The notes: a model not told the origin generated them from the sequence alone. A DNA stretch of 63,928 bases from Chiloscyllium plagiosum (GCF_004010195.1 NC_057718.1:38839263-38903190), one strand, 5' to 3'; positions 13,401 to 26,056 are shown, counted from the stretch's first letter. A program made the numbers and translations.

Positions 13401-14234
13401 ATCAGGAAAACTGGAGAAAGAAACTAGAACATGTAGCTGGTGGATTCAGCTCACTGCTTGCTTTGAACAACCTCCATGTTGCACAGTGGGCATTGAAATC
13501 TCACAGCATGCTCCTAGGTACCAGTGACTATCATTGCAATGTTGTGGAAAGGACACTGTGCACATAGGGACAAAAACCCACCTCATGGATCGGAGCAGGC
13601 TGCACTTCTAGGCTCTCCACTTGCCTTTCAGTGTTCACTCACTCTGAGTCTATTTGGATGTTCACAGAATCCTGCCATGCCTTTTTTGGAGTTTGCCCCC
13701 TCAACGAGGCTCATTTTACTTTTATCTTGCCTTGCTGTTTAATGCAGCCAGATAGCCAGGAATAATTGTTAGCAGACCTCCATCAAGTCAAAGGTGATAG
13801 GTTTCGCTCAGCACAGTAAGTCAAAAGCAGCAGCTGAGATTAGATCTGATCCTGCTCAAGGTGGTCACAGTCAGAATCCTTTTCACATAAGCGGTAATGA
13901 ACCACTGTTGGGCAGCCCATCACGACTCTTTCTGCTTTGTTGTGGACTGTTTTCCTCAGAAAGTGAGAGCAAGGCCTGAACTCAGAGAGATAAAAGTGGG
14001 TGCCACAGCTGTTATGCTTGGCGTTGCTGGTGAGGTGTCCCAGGTTGAGTGAGTAATCAGACAGTGTGGAGAGACATCAAGGGTTAGTGCTGTTGGTGGT
14101 TGGCATGGATAGAAGTGACTAAGGGAAGATGTTACATATATCACTGAGAGTGGCAGACAATGAGCTTTGGTGGGAGGTGGCTACAGTAGCAGAGATGGAG
14201 TGAGTGTGAAGTATTGGAGACACGATGCTGTCAG

Positions 14235-14455
14235 AGTGGAGATGAATTTTGAGCATCTTCCTGCAGTGCTGGGCACTTCTCCAGATGGCACAGACTACTT
14301 TAACCCAGGCAGCAACCTCAGACCAGGCTGGAGTGGCCTAGTGCCATTGCCTCCAATGCAGGTTCTGAGGAAAGAGAAAAGCTTGAATCGACACCACCCT
14401 ATTCATCAGGACCTTCAGGGCCCTGCCTGCAAACCAGAGCACAGATTTGCCTTGT
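14235..14455 (-). pseudogene. Harbinger-associated Myb/SANT-like DNA-binding protein relic
   Basis: Single frame with one stop: GKSVLWFAGRALKVLMNRVVSIQAFLFPQ..*ATPAWSEVAAWVKVVCAIWRSAQHCRKMLK; the PAWxEVA..RSxQxCRK pattern fits a Myb/SANT trihelix. Confidence 0.65.
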
Positions 14456-17274
14456 CTGCCACGCAGCTCTGGACTATTAGTGCTTGTCCGGGTGCAGAGC
14501 AGCTTTTCAAAGATGGCACAGCTGCAAGGGATGCCGATCTTTTGGCAGATATTTACTGAGTGACAAATTGTTCCAGGAACTATACAGGCTAAAATAAGGT
14601 GGAAATTGGAGAGGCCATAGGGGTGTGGCAGGCAATTTAAGAGGTCAGTTTGGTACTATAGGGTGAGAGAAGTCATTAGGTCTTGTGTGAAAAATGCTCC
14701 AAAGAACGTGACACAACTTGGACTTTGTCAAAAAAAAGTCAGATTCAACCCACAGTTTCAACTTATCGTATGAAGATTGGGAATGTGCCAATGTGTGTGG
14801 CCTACTGAACAGATAGGACATTGAAGGTCTTCCTGCATCACTGCTAAGTCTATGATGTTAGATTTCTGAAATCCATGTGTATTTCTGACCATTGCTTATT
14901 CAATTCTTATGTAACTAGATTGGGGAGTTAATGAAGTTGGGTGTGTGAGGGCTTCAGCGAATACTATGATCCTGCGGGTGGGAAAAATATCCTCTTCTTC
15001 CCAGTCATCTCATCCACCAAGATCCCAATGGCATTGTCTGAGAAACACAGGACTCCTGCAAAAGCATTTTGTAAGTGGTGACTTGCTTGTAACAGCAGGT
15101 CACCAATTACAAGATGCATTTCCTCTTTACGTGATGAGGTAAGCTTTTAAATTATTTAAGCTTTCAAAGATTTTGCACAGCCCCAGCCCCACCCTGATCC
15201 CAGCTGGCAAGTTGCCAATTATAAACCCATGCTGACAGATCACTCCATTTACAGAAATAAGCCAAGTACCTAAAGATGGTATGTGTCTTGAGTCATCGGG
15301 TTCAGATAGGTGCCCCATCCACTTCATAATCTTTTGGCTGCAACTTTGAAAACATTTAAAAATAAACAATTCTCTCAAATTGGGTTTGATGGACAAGCTG
15401 ATGTTACTGACTATTCCAAGCGTCATTGAAATGGTTAGAATTAAGTGTCTGGCTAGGCCACATCAAAAGATAGTAAAGAGTCAACCACGTTAGTATAAGA
15501 CTGAAATCAGACCAAATAATGATGATAGCTTTTCTCTCCTCTTGTATAGTAGTAAAGCACTTGGGTATTTTTTATAACACAAAGCCTTATGATTACTTTT
15601 ATTACTATTTGCTTTTCATTTTAAGATTGCCAGTCTGTCAGCATAACCTCCAACTTGCCATCAACTAATCCTTTTTTGGGGATATGCAAGCGCTATTATG
15701 ACAAGTCTTGAATTTCAATGAAACTTGGAATTGAAGATCCCTTAGGAAGAGGAAGAAATTCCCAATTCCCAAGATATAGCTATGAAATCTGAGATTTTCC
15801 AATTATAGTGACTTTCGGTAACATGACATGAACTGCATATAATTACAACTGTATGTTCACTCCAGGATGAATGTACAAGGCATAGATCTGGCAAGTCCAA
15901 ATCCCTTTTTACTGTGAGTAAATATGCTACTGCAATAGAATAGCTAATGTCAAATAAAATAAAAATACTAACTACTTTAAGAAATACTTCAGAGTGATAT
16001 TTATCTTTAAATTCTGAAAAAATATAGTATTCAAATCCATACACTTTTGCTTCACCTTACTAGAAAATATTTGAAAAAAATTATCAATGCACAATGCCAT
16101 TAAAGTCTGAACCGTGATCGAACACCCCACTCCCTCCAAGCAAGATTTCTTTTAATATGAGCAGATGTGACATTTACATAAACACTCCACCTTCTTGTAT
16201 ATTTGGCGGCAGTTCCTAAACAAAAGAGTTACTGTGTAGAGCAAACCGCAGACACACCCCGTGAGGGTTAGTCAGACAGCCAAGCCAGTACCAAAGACAC
16301 ATTTTTAAAAAAATGCCATAAAGGAAATGCATGACTTGAAGAAAAAAGCTCCTTTCTGTTTTTACTGGAACTTTTCATCAGCACTGTAATCCCCGAGTGG
16401 TTTGGAGTTCTGTGCCAAGCAGTTACTTCACCCCCTGCACTGTTGGTCCTTTTTCCAACCTTTCAGTCAATGTCTGAACTTATAATAAACAAAGGACTGC
16501 TGAAAGTTAGTCCACTGTGGGAAAATGGGAGGATACGACAAGATTTGGCCACTATTGTTACTTTGTAACTTAATACCCAGTATTTTATTTCCAAAAAAAA
16601 GTCTTAGAATTTGTAGTATTTCTTGTATGCCTGTGGGGATCATGCAATGACTTCCAGCAGGATTTTCCAATAAGAAAGGGAAAGTCACTCAAGGCAGAAA
16701 TAATAGGAGTTACTCTTAAATAAAATTAACTAGAATGTTTTGCGATTGTAATGAATATAATTTTTATTCTGCAGCATGTAGGCACATTTACTAACAGGTA
16801 ATGGCCAAAAGATACACTTAATGAATAAAAGATTTGCTGGCATACTGTGAGAATTGTCAAAACTGCAATAAATTAAAAAGACACACAGTCATATAATCAT
16901 AAAGATGTATAGTATGGAAACAGTTCTGGACTCCCCACCCCAGGGAAAAGACTATGTATACTCACCCTATCTGTAAAGCTGATTTCTTCCTTTCTCTCTC
17001 TGGATGGTCAGAAGGTCTCTGTCTCTTGCTATGCCAATCTCTATTTTTTATTTCAAAAATATACTTTATTCATAAAATATTTTTATGGTCTGCACAGTTG
17101 GTCATGCCATACATACATAAAAACATTCCATTTCTTTGCATACAGAGATCAGAATTTATCCTTTGTATATACAGGTCTGTAGGTTTATCAATCATATATC
17201 CATATATTTAGCTGAGGCGTCAGCAGATCCCAAATGACTGCGTGGGCCCCCTGTTCTTCTTAGGTAGGCAGATG

Positions 17275-20200
17275 TTACACGGTGGTCTTTCCCCACCACG
17301 CCTTGGCGGCAGCTGCCCCAAGCTTCAGCGTGTCCCTCAACACGTAGTCCTGGACCTTGGAATGTGCCAGTCTGCAACACTCAGTCAGGGTCAACTCCTT
17401 CAGATGGAAGATCAACAGGTTTTGGACCGGTACCAGACAGCGTCCTTCACCCAGTTGATGATCCTCCAGGCACAGTTGATGTTCGTCTCGGTATGCGTCC
17501 CAAGGAACAGACCATAGAGCACGGAGTCCGTGTCACGGCGCTGCTCGGGACAAACCTCGACAAACACCACTGAATTCCTCTCCAGACTTCTTCCGCATAG
17601 GCACATTCCCGACGGAGGTGTGTGACAGTCTCCTCCCCCCCGCAGTCGCTTCGAGGGCAGCGTGCAGTGCGGCTGAGAGTCCGGGCGTGCATAAAGGATC
17701 TCACAGGCAGAGCCCTTCTCACCACCAGCCAAGCCATGTCTTGGTGCTTGTTGGAAAGTTCTGGCGATGAGGCATTCTGCCAAATGACTTTGACAGTCTG
17801 CTCAGGGAAACGCTCAATAGGATCCGCCCTCTCCTTTTCCCGAAGGGTCTCAAGGACACTACGTGCTGACCACTTCCTGATGGGCTTGTGGTCAACGGTG
17901 TTTTTCTTCATAAACTTCTCCATGAAGGACAGGTGATATGGAACGATCTAACTACTCAGTGTTCCGCGGTAGCGAGGCCAGGCCCATCCTTCGCAACATG
18001 GGGGACAGGTAGAACCTCAGTATGTAGTGACACTTGGTGTTTGCGTACCAGGGATCCATGCACAGCTTGATGCAGCCACACACAAAAGGTGGCCATCAGG
18101 GTGAGGGTGGCATTGGGTGTGTTTTTTTCCCCGTTGCCCAGATCTTTATACATAGAGTCCCTTCGGACCCGGTCCACCTTTGATCTCCATATAAATTGGA
18201 AGATGGCCCGGGTGACTGCAGCGGCACAGGTTCTGGGAATAGGCCAGACCTGTGCCATGTATAACAGCAATGACAGTGCCTCACACCTGATGACCAGGTT
18301 TTTTCCAGCGATGGAGAGCAACCGTTGCTCCATCTGCCCAGTTTCTGCCTCACTTTGCTGATATGCTCCTCCCAAGACTTGATGCATGCCCCAGCCCCCC
18401 CGAACCAAATACCCAGCACCTTCAGATGGTCGGTCCTGATGGTGAAGGGGATCGAAGATCGGTCAGCCCAGTTCCCGAAGAGCATGGCCTCACGCTTACC
18501 TCGGTTTACCTTGGCCCCCGAGGCCCGTTCGAACTGGTCACATTTGCACATGAGTCTGTGCACAGACAGCAGATCTGAGCAGAAAACGGCAACGCATCCA
18601 TGTACAGGGAGGCCTTAACCTGCAGGCCCCCGCTGCCAGGAATAGTCACCCCTCTCAGGCTTGCATCCTTCCTGATGGACTCGGCAAATGGCTCTAAGCA
18701 GCACACAAACAAAGCAGGAGAGAGAGGGCAGCCCTGCCTGACTTCAGATCTGACTGGGAAGCTATCTGATTCCCACCCATTGATTGAGACTGCACTGACA
18801 ATGTTGGTGTAGAGCAGTCTGATCCAATTGCAGATTCCCTCCCTAAAGCCCATTTTGGAGACAACATCTCTTATATACGTGTGTGATATCCTGTCAAAGG
18901 CTTTCTCCTGGTCCAGGCTGATGAGGCAGGTGTCCAGCCCTCTGTCCTGCACGTAGGCGATCGTATCCCTGAGGAGTGCGAGACTCTCAGCGATCTTCCT
19001 GCCTGGTACAGCACAGGTTTGGTCAGGGTGAATCACCGACCCCAGAGCAGACCTGACAGAATTTTGTAATCCGCATTCAATAGTGAGATTGGTCTCCAAT
19101 TTCTGAGTTCCTCCCTCTCCCCCTTCCCCTTCCACTTGTACATGAGGGTGATGATGCCTTTTCTCATGGATTCACTCATGGTACCTGCCCGAAGCATTCT
19201 GACATACAACTCCAGCAGGTCCTGGCCAAAGTCCCACAGAGCAGAATAGAGCTCGACCAGTAAGCCGTCGCTTCCGGGAGTTTTATTCTTTTCGAAGGAC
19301 TCGAGGGCCTTGGTCAGCTCGTCCAGAGATAGCAGCTGGTTGAGCCTCTCCCGTGTTCTGTTGTCTAAGAACTCCGTGATAGAGGACAGGAACAACTGGG
19401 AGGCTGCGCTGTCGGTTGGCTTCGCGTCTTACAGACTGGCGTAGAAGGATTTGCTGATCCTCATGATGTCAGCCTGAGATGATGTTATTGAGCCATCTTC
19501 TTCCTTCAGGCTGCTGAGCACAGAGCTCTCTTTGTGCACCTTCTGGAAGAAGAAACGTGAGCACATCTCATCCTGCTCCACCGAGCAGACCCAAACCGGA
19601 AGATTGTCTTGGAGGCCTCCAAGGCAAAGAGCGAGGCTTGCTGGCCCTTCACCTTCTTGAGGTCCTCCGTGACATCGACCCCCATCATCTGCAGCAGGAG
19701 CAGGTTCTGCATACTTTCCTGGAGCTGGGACAGTTTTCCCCGCCTCTCTCTCGCCTCCTGAACATCTTTAAGGATGAAGAACCTCTTGATGTTCCCTTTT
19801 ACTGTTTCCCACCAGTCCGCTGGGGACTCAAAGAGGGGCTTCACGGTTCTCCAACCTGTGTAGTCCCTCTTGAGCTCCTCAATGTTTCCCAGGGTCAACA
19901 GCTTTGTGTTCAGCTTCCACGTTTCCTTACCAACCCGCTGCTCGTCCTATAGGTGACAGTTGGTCAGCAGGAGGCAGTGGTCAGAGAAGAACACTGGCTT
20001 GACGTCGGTGGATCTGACCAAGAGCGATCGGGACACAAACAGGTAATCTATCCTTGAGCGGATAGACCCGTCTGCCCGTGACCAGGTGTATCTATACTGT
20101 GCTCCGTCTGCAGGGGTGCTGAAGACGTCGTGCAGCTTGGCATTTTTTACCGTTTCCATCAGGGCTCTGGATGTGGCGTCCAGTTTACTATCCCCACGCC

Positions 20201-20658
20201 GGATCGTCCATCTGCATCAATGATAAAGTTGAAGTCTCCGGCCAGAATGACCGGCCTGGATGCAGCCAGCAACAGTGGAAGCAGCTGCAGGATGGCCAAC
20301 CATTCACTCTTACCCACTGGGGAGTACACATTAATCAGTCTCAGGGGAGCATTCCTGTACATGACATCGGTGATGAGGAGGCGCCTGCCCACCACCTCCT
20401 TAACCTCGGAGATGGTGAAGTTGCCTCCTCGCAACAGGATACCCAGGCTGGAGGCGCGGCCATCGTTGCCCCCGACCAAACTGACGGTCCATGGGCCCAC
20501 AAGCTCGACCATCTCCTGTAGCTGCTGAGGTGCGGTATCCCACACTCCTGCAGGAGCAGGACATCCGCTTTAACGTTGGCCAGGAAGACCATCGTAGAAA
20601 CACATCGCGTAGCCGATTTGATGCTACGCACATTGATGCTGGCAATTCTTATCCCCAT
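17275..20658 (-). pseudogene. Tx1 ORF2: APE endonuclease, reverse transcriptase and C-terminal zinc finger (disrupted)
   Basis: MGIRIASINVRSIK..LLLQEC; ILAGDFN; SRIDYLFVS; FFSDH; KTPGSDGL; RNWRPISLLNADYKIL; DQEKAFDRISH; RQGCPLSP; YMD; CPRSDCGGEETVTHL..C; stop at 17275. Confidence 0.92.
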
Positions 20659-20659
20659 T

Positions 20660-22142
20660 TTAACAGTTTACTAGGTTACCAGTGTCCACTTGTTGCTGGT
20701 CTTGCCTCTCTGGGGTAGCTGTGTGCATCCCCGTGGTGACAGCACAGACCTCCCCAGGGCTGAGGTAGCTGTCCGGCTCCACGCTGGGGCCATTTCCCTG
20801 CTCTGGTGTCTTCAGGTCGGACCCAGGGTCCGCACAGTCCAGTTCTCTGTCCGACAGCGGGGCTGTCACAGGACCGCTGCGCCCAGTTACCTGGAGCTGT
20901 GGGGCGGTGGGTACCTAGTGGTTCTCCCCGGGTGGGGGGAGGTCTTTACCCGTCCCCTCAGAAGGATCGTCTTTTCCTGTTTGGGCAGTGCTGCCCTCCT
21001 TTTTCCCTACGGCGCTCTGTATCTTTCTCTGGTGACGATCCTCCTTGCGCCCGTTCCTCACCATCGGAAGAGCTGCCTGTATCCTCGTCGTGTAGGTGTA
21101 ATTTCCCTCTTTGCTGGGTGGCTTTGGGGGCCTGATGAGGTTTCCTCTTCCTGCTTTTGACAGTAATCCAATCTTCTGCCTCCTTTGTTCCCTCCTCTTC
21201 CATTTCCTCCGTCTGTCTTGAAGGAGCTTGGATTGACTGCTGTACCTCCCTGCTGTCTGCCGTCTGATCTGCTCCAGCCTGCCCTTCCTTCTGGGTGCCA
21301 CCAGACACCGTTCCCATGCTGTTTTGTGGTACCTTGCTGGTCTTATGCGGTCCATGGCTCGTGTTGCCACCTCCGGCCATCTGTGCATAGGTGGCGGCCC
21401 CTCGTCTTGGGCAGGCCTTGTACATGTGGCCCGCCTCTCCACACAGATTACAGTTCTTGGCCTGTTTACATTCCTTGGTCAGGTGGCCTTCCTGCTTGCA
21501 GTTTCGACAGATGGTCACCTTACAATCCGCCGCCACGTGGCCTGACCTCCCGCAGGTTCGGCACACTTTCGGCTGCCCTGCGTATGTCAGATAACCTCTG
21601 CTTCTTCCGATTTCAAAGCTGGAGGGTGGGTGGAGGATGTTCCCACTGGCATCGACCCTCAGGGTTACCCTGACCTGCTGCTTGCTGGTCCAAATCCCGA
21701 AAGAATCAACCACATCAGTGCTTTCTCCCTGGACTTGGACTTATCTTCCCAGAAAGGTCAGGACATTCGCTGCTGGGACGTGGGGGTTTTACATATGGAT
21801 TGTAACAACTCAACTCCTCTGCGCAGGAAGCACACACAGGAAGGACCGCCGACAAGATGGAGAACAGAGGTTCCCCTTCCTTCTCCTTGAAGACCTCCAG
21901 GAGCTGTTCACAGTTCTTCACGCTCCTGAAGGTCATGTCAAAATAGCCTGCCCCAGGGAAATCCTGCATTAGTACACGTCCGCTGCTTCAAACCCACAGC
22001 ACTCCTGCAAAATCTTCTTGACAAACACCGCCTGATCGACTGGTGTCCGATCGACCAGTGTACGCTCCTCCATCTTCTTCACAGTCACCCTGACTGTGTT
22101 GCGAATGCCCTGGCCTGGGCTGCGAGCGGCTGCTGAGGCCAT
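20660..22142 (-). pseudogene. Tx1 ORF1 gag-like protein with three CCHC zinc knuckles (disrupted)
   Basis: MASAAARSPGQGIRNTVRVTVK..; CRTCGRSGHVAADC, CRNCKQEGHLTKEC, CNLCGEAGHMYKAC; WITVKSRKRK; stop lies 1 nt before the ORF2 ATG. Confidence 0.9.
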
Positions 22143-22915
22143 AGCTCTGAGGTTGGCTGGTACCTGAATTGGCGTTAGGCCGAAGCCAGCATAAAGATCC
22201 ACCAAGAGCAGGTCAGCACAACCAAATGAACCTCCAACGTCCTATCACGATCCAGCGATGATCTCCAGCAGCTCTGATGACTCGCAACACTACCCCCGTG
22301 GTATCTCTCCTGCCAGTACACATCCACTGCGTCGAACCTGCAGCACCCGAGCAGAATCTCTTCCTATGCCGATCTCCTCAGAAGGCTGCAGACGAGTCCA
22401 AGAGCGGTTCCAAGAGGAGGGTCTGCAGGTGAACTCTGTTTTTATACCTTTTAGATGGTTTTCTGGAACTTTCTATTTGGCCAATCAGGAGATACATTTA
22501 ATAGTTTCGATCATGAGTCAATCATTTAGATGGCATGTTACAGACAGTTTCTTTGTGTAGCAGGATCCGGTGCCTTCTTGTCTAGGCTCTCCTTTGTTTA
22601 GTGGATAAGGTGTTGGGAGCGAGTGTGCAGAATAAATGTTGCATTTTACATTATGCTAATGTTATTAGCACCTGGAACTGTCTATCTACCCCTGCCTGAG
22701 ATCTCAAAGCCTGTAGCAGTACAAGCTGAGAAGGGTGCACCTACATCTTCCAATCCAATAGGGTTGACTATGGCATAGACTTCCTCAACCCCAGCTGTGA
22801 AGTTGGGTATGCACTTAGACATAGTGGAAGAACAAGGAAGACGAAAACTAGGGTGGAGGTGATTACTTAATGGTATTATCACTAGATTTTCATTCCAAAA
22901 ACTCAGCTAATGCTT

Positions 22916-23243
22916 GGGTGGCACAGTGGTTAACACTGTTGCCTCACAGCTCCAGGGACATGAGTCCAGTCCTAACCTTGGACAACTGTTGATGTGGAGT
23001 TTGCATGTTCTTCACATGTCTATGTGGGTTTTCTCTGGGTGTTCCAGTTTCCTCCCGCAGTCCAAAGATGGGCAAGTAATGTGGATTGGCCATGTTCAAT
23101 TAGCCCACAGTATCCAGGGATGTGCAAGTTAGCTGGATTAGTCACAGTAAGTATGGGGTGTGATGTCTGTATGATATGCTCTTCAGAAAATTGGTGCAGA
23201 TTTGATGGGCAAAGTGGCCTCTATCTGCACTGTAGTGATTCTA
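22916..23243 (+). mobile_element. HE1/V-SINE-type tRNA-derived SINE
   Basis: tRNA-like head ggcacagtggttaacactgttgcctcacagc; central tgtggagtttgcatgttct..gggttttctctgggtgttccagtttcctcccgcagtccaaaga; CR1-like tail. Confidence 0.85.
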
Positions 23244-24565
23244 AACTGAGTGTACATCTGTGTCTGGTGTGCCAAGTCATTATTAACAACCTTTTACTTT
23301 TGTAAATATGTTTTATATACTGTTAAAATGGCTTCTGAGGTATAAACTTTGGATGAAAATACAGTGTAATAGCTTAGCATTGGTTCCTTGTGAGAATTGA
23401 GCAATGTTTGACTGCAAATAGCCTCAGATATCAAGAATCCTTGACTTGTGACCTGTAAGACCACAGCCAAGGTATTGCATCTTAATATGGACATCAGAGG
23501 CAAAACACAATCAGCAAGGAATGTCTTGGCCTGCGCACATTATTCCACACTTACACCCAGACTAAGTCAGAGCATGGGATCAGTGATGATTACATACATC
23601 TAGCAAAGAAATATTCATTCTATGTATTAGCTTTCAAAGGAGTGCAATGGGTCAAGATCGGGAGATGTACAGTGGGCAGTCACATGTCCAATCTCCCTAT
23701 TGGTGCAATAGTCTGCCAAGGAAAGCTGCTCAAAAAATGCTTTCCATTGCAATTTCTCACTGTCTTAGAGAATGCTTGAGCTTTGCAAGGCAGTTTATTA
23801 AATTATGCACACAATAATAAAAGGTTACCAATGATGGAACGATCTAAAGGAGATTCTTCAGGATTCCTATCAGTTAAGTGGCTATAATATTCAATTTCCC
23901 TATGCAACTTTCAGCTAGTCTTTTCTGACATGTCGTAAAAGCAACCTAACCTTAGATTACTAACATCCCATGATGCTAATTCACTGACTGCTGCTTTATC
24001 TGTAATGATCATGTAGGATATGCCATTGCAGATATTTTTAAGTATGATTGGCCAAAGATATCAAACACACAACCATTTCGATAATGAGACATTTATTCAG
24101 CCTCAAAATGTCAAGGACTGCAAAAATAACAAGGTGTTCTCTGCACTGAGCAGAGACTGCTGCTAGATTAGGAACACAATATTAGATAATTAAATGAAGT
24201 TCACACCCAGCTGGGAAGGGTGGTTGTTATGTTCACCCTGGTCTCAGGCTCTGTGGTGAATTGCTCCATAATACTGTCATGGATGGCCCTCCTGGTCAAT
24301 GTCCTGGTTCTCATCCTCAGAAGATTGCTATTGATCTCCTACTTTGTCTGCATTCAGGACAGTTCCTATTTTTCAGCTCCTGATATGAAGGGTACAGTTT
24401 GATGAGAGACACTTTGTGGGTTATATGTTTAATCGTCATTCTGCACCAGTTTCAGGGTTTCTTGAAGGTGTCATGAGCTGTGTTAGGAGGGGGTAGATCT
24501 TGTCCCTCAGAAGTCATATCCAAGGATCTTCAAAGGAGGCAGGAACCTGTGAGTTCTCTAGTATG

Positions 24566-24748
24566 GCAAAAGTGAGGACTGCAGATTAGAGTGGTGCTGG
24601 AAAAGCACAGCAGATCAGGCAACATCTGAGGAGCAGGAAAATCGACATTTCAGGCATTCCTGATGAAGGGCTTTTGCCCGAAATGTCGATTTTCCTGCTC
24701 CTTGGATGCTGCCTGACCTGCTGTGCTTTTCCACCACCACTCTAATCT
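24566..24748. mobile_element. Fold-back Penelope pLTR derivative with hammerhead core on + strand
   Basis: Inverted arms agattagagtggtgctggaaaagcacagc.. / ..gctgtgcttttccaccaccactctaatct; CTGATGA at 24660; TSD agttctctagtatg (24552-24565) / agttctccagtatg (24749-24762). Confidence 0.85.
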
Positions 24749-24949
24749 AGTTCTCCAGTATGCAAGAGTCATAGAAGCCCCCTGGATAACTGGTGCAAAC
24801 TTCCTGAATTTGCCATCAGTGGTCACATATAACTTTCTGTTAATAAACTCTGTAGTTTGGTGATAGGAAGCATTAAAAGCAATATAGGCCCAATGGATTG
24901 TGCCTTGCACCTGTGGAAAGCTGGCAATGGTGGATAATCCCATTAACCA

Positions 24950-25262
24950 TGGGCCAAGGAGTGGCAGATGGAGTTTAATTTGGATACATGTGAGGTGCTG
25001 CATCTTGGAAAAGCAAATCAGGGCAGGACTTACCTGTTTAATGGTTCTGGATTAGTGGTGCTGGAAGAGCACAGCAGTTCAGGCAGCATCCAAGGAGTTT
25101 GATTTCGAAGCTCCTTGGATGCTGCCTGAACTGCTGTGCTCTTCCAGCACCACTAATCCAGAATCTGGTTTCCAGCATCTGCAGTCATTGTTTTTACCTG
25201 TTTAATGGTAAGGTCCTGGGGAGTGTTCCTGAACAAAAAGACTCTAGAGTGCAGGTTCAGTT
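24950..25262 (+). mobile_element. CR1 RT-region fragment, interrupted by the 25046-25193 element
   Basis: tgggccaaggagtggcagatggagtttaatttggatacatgtgaggtgctgcat (WAKEWQMEFNLDTCEVLH); resumes after the TSD with aaggtcctggggagtgtt. Confidence 0.85.
25046..25193. mobile_element. Fold-back Penelope pLTR derivative with a perfect 53-bp inverted repeat
   Basis: 25045-25097 is the exact reverse complement of 25111-25163; perfect 16-bp TSD ttacctgtttaatggt (25030-25045 / 25194-25209). Confidence 0.9.
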
Positions 25263-25757
25263 GTGACCTTGACAGCCCCAAGATGGGATTGCCACCCAGT
25301 TCTTCTGAGTGCAAGTCCTTCTCCAGCAGATCCCAATGTTCAGCGATTATTGGGCAGGACAAACCTAACTAGTACCTGCACCATCTTCCAGAAAGTTGAA
25401 GAAAATGACAGCAAGGTCCATAGATCCATTATTTCATTGTTCACTTCCTCAGTGGTTCTTCATCTGATCCTCATCCTTCTGGACAATGTATAGCAGCCAC
25501 TGAAGTTGCTATTCTTGCTGCTGATATTCTCACCATTTCTGCACTGCTTTGAGTTGCACCAATGCCACAATGACTCCAGTGACAAGGTTCTCCATATGAA
25601 CATGTAATCTATGGGAAATGTCAGAAAGTTAATGTAATTTTATTAAAGGAACTATTGAGCCTTTCCATCACAATGAAGTCTCATGTTATACCCTTACATA
25701 GTATGGCATCAAGGTTTCCAAACATAGTCATTGTCATACCTCCAAACCGGGATACAT

Positions 25758-26056
25758 GATTAGATTAGATTGGCCCTTCAACCCAAGTCCACACTGACCG
25801 TCTGAAGAGTAACACACCTAGACTCATTTCCCTCTGACTAATGCACCTAACACTATGGGCAATTTAGCATGGCCAATTCACCTAACTTGCACATCTTTTG
25901 GATTGTGGGAGGAAACCCGAGCACCCGGAGGAAACCCACGCAGACACGGGAAGAATGTGCAAACTCCACACAGACAGTCACCTGAGACTGGAATCAAACC
26001 TGGGTCCCTGGCACTGTGAGGCAACAGTGCTAACCACTGAGCCACCGTGCCGCCCC
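25758..26056 (-). mobile_element. HE1/V-SINE-type SINE
   Basis: Minus-strand head ggggcggcacggtggctcagtggttagcactgttgcctcacagtgccagggacccaggtttgattcc; V-SINE-like core; (tctaa)n tail. Confidence 0.9.

Larger units (their letters stand above)
17042..22356 (-). mobile_element. Full-length Tx1-type (L1 clade) non-LTR retrotransposon, inactivated by frameshifts and stops
   Basis: 5'UTR, ORF1, ORF2, then AATAAA and an A-rich 3' end (17043-17075); flanked by a 20-bp TSD tctcttgctatgccaatctc (17022-17041) / tctcttcctatgccgatctc (22357-22376), 18/20 identical. Confidence 0.93.
24400..25560 (-). pseudogene. PIF/Harbinger (HARBI1-like) DDE transposase relic, interrupted by three younger insertions
   Basis: Pieces read LLEKDLHSEELGGNPI (N-terminal), IASFPQVQGTIHWAYIAF..EFINRK, ILENSQVP..LLRDKIYP, LMTPSRNPETGAE; these match the Harbinger GFPxVxGxIDCTH, FINRK, LLGDKGYP and LMTP motifs. 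Confidence 0.8.

Noticed and set aside
14167..14559. 130-aa plus-strand ORF
   Set aside because: Antisense to the Myb/SANT relic; no recognisable motif in this frame.
24650..25003. 117-aa ORF as a real protein
   Set aside because: Chimera of antisense CR1, Harbinger transposase relic and PLE hairpin sequence.
24566..25193. Classical DNA-transposon MITEs or miRNA genes
   Set aside because: Asymmetric arms, variable 13-16-bp TSDs and similarity to the GIY-YIG element's 3' end indicate a Penelope origin; there is no evidence for miRNA processing from sequence alone.
22916..26056. tRNA genes at the SINE heads
   Set aside because: tRNA-like boxes run directly into a SINE core and LINE-type tail; no complete cloverleaf is apparent.
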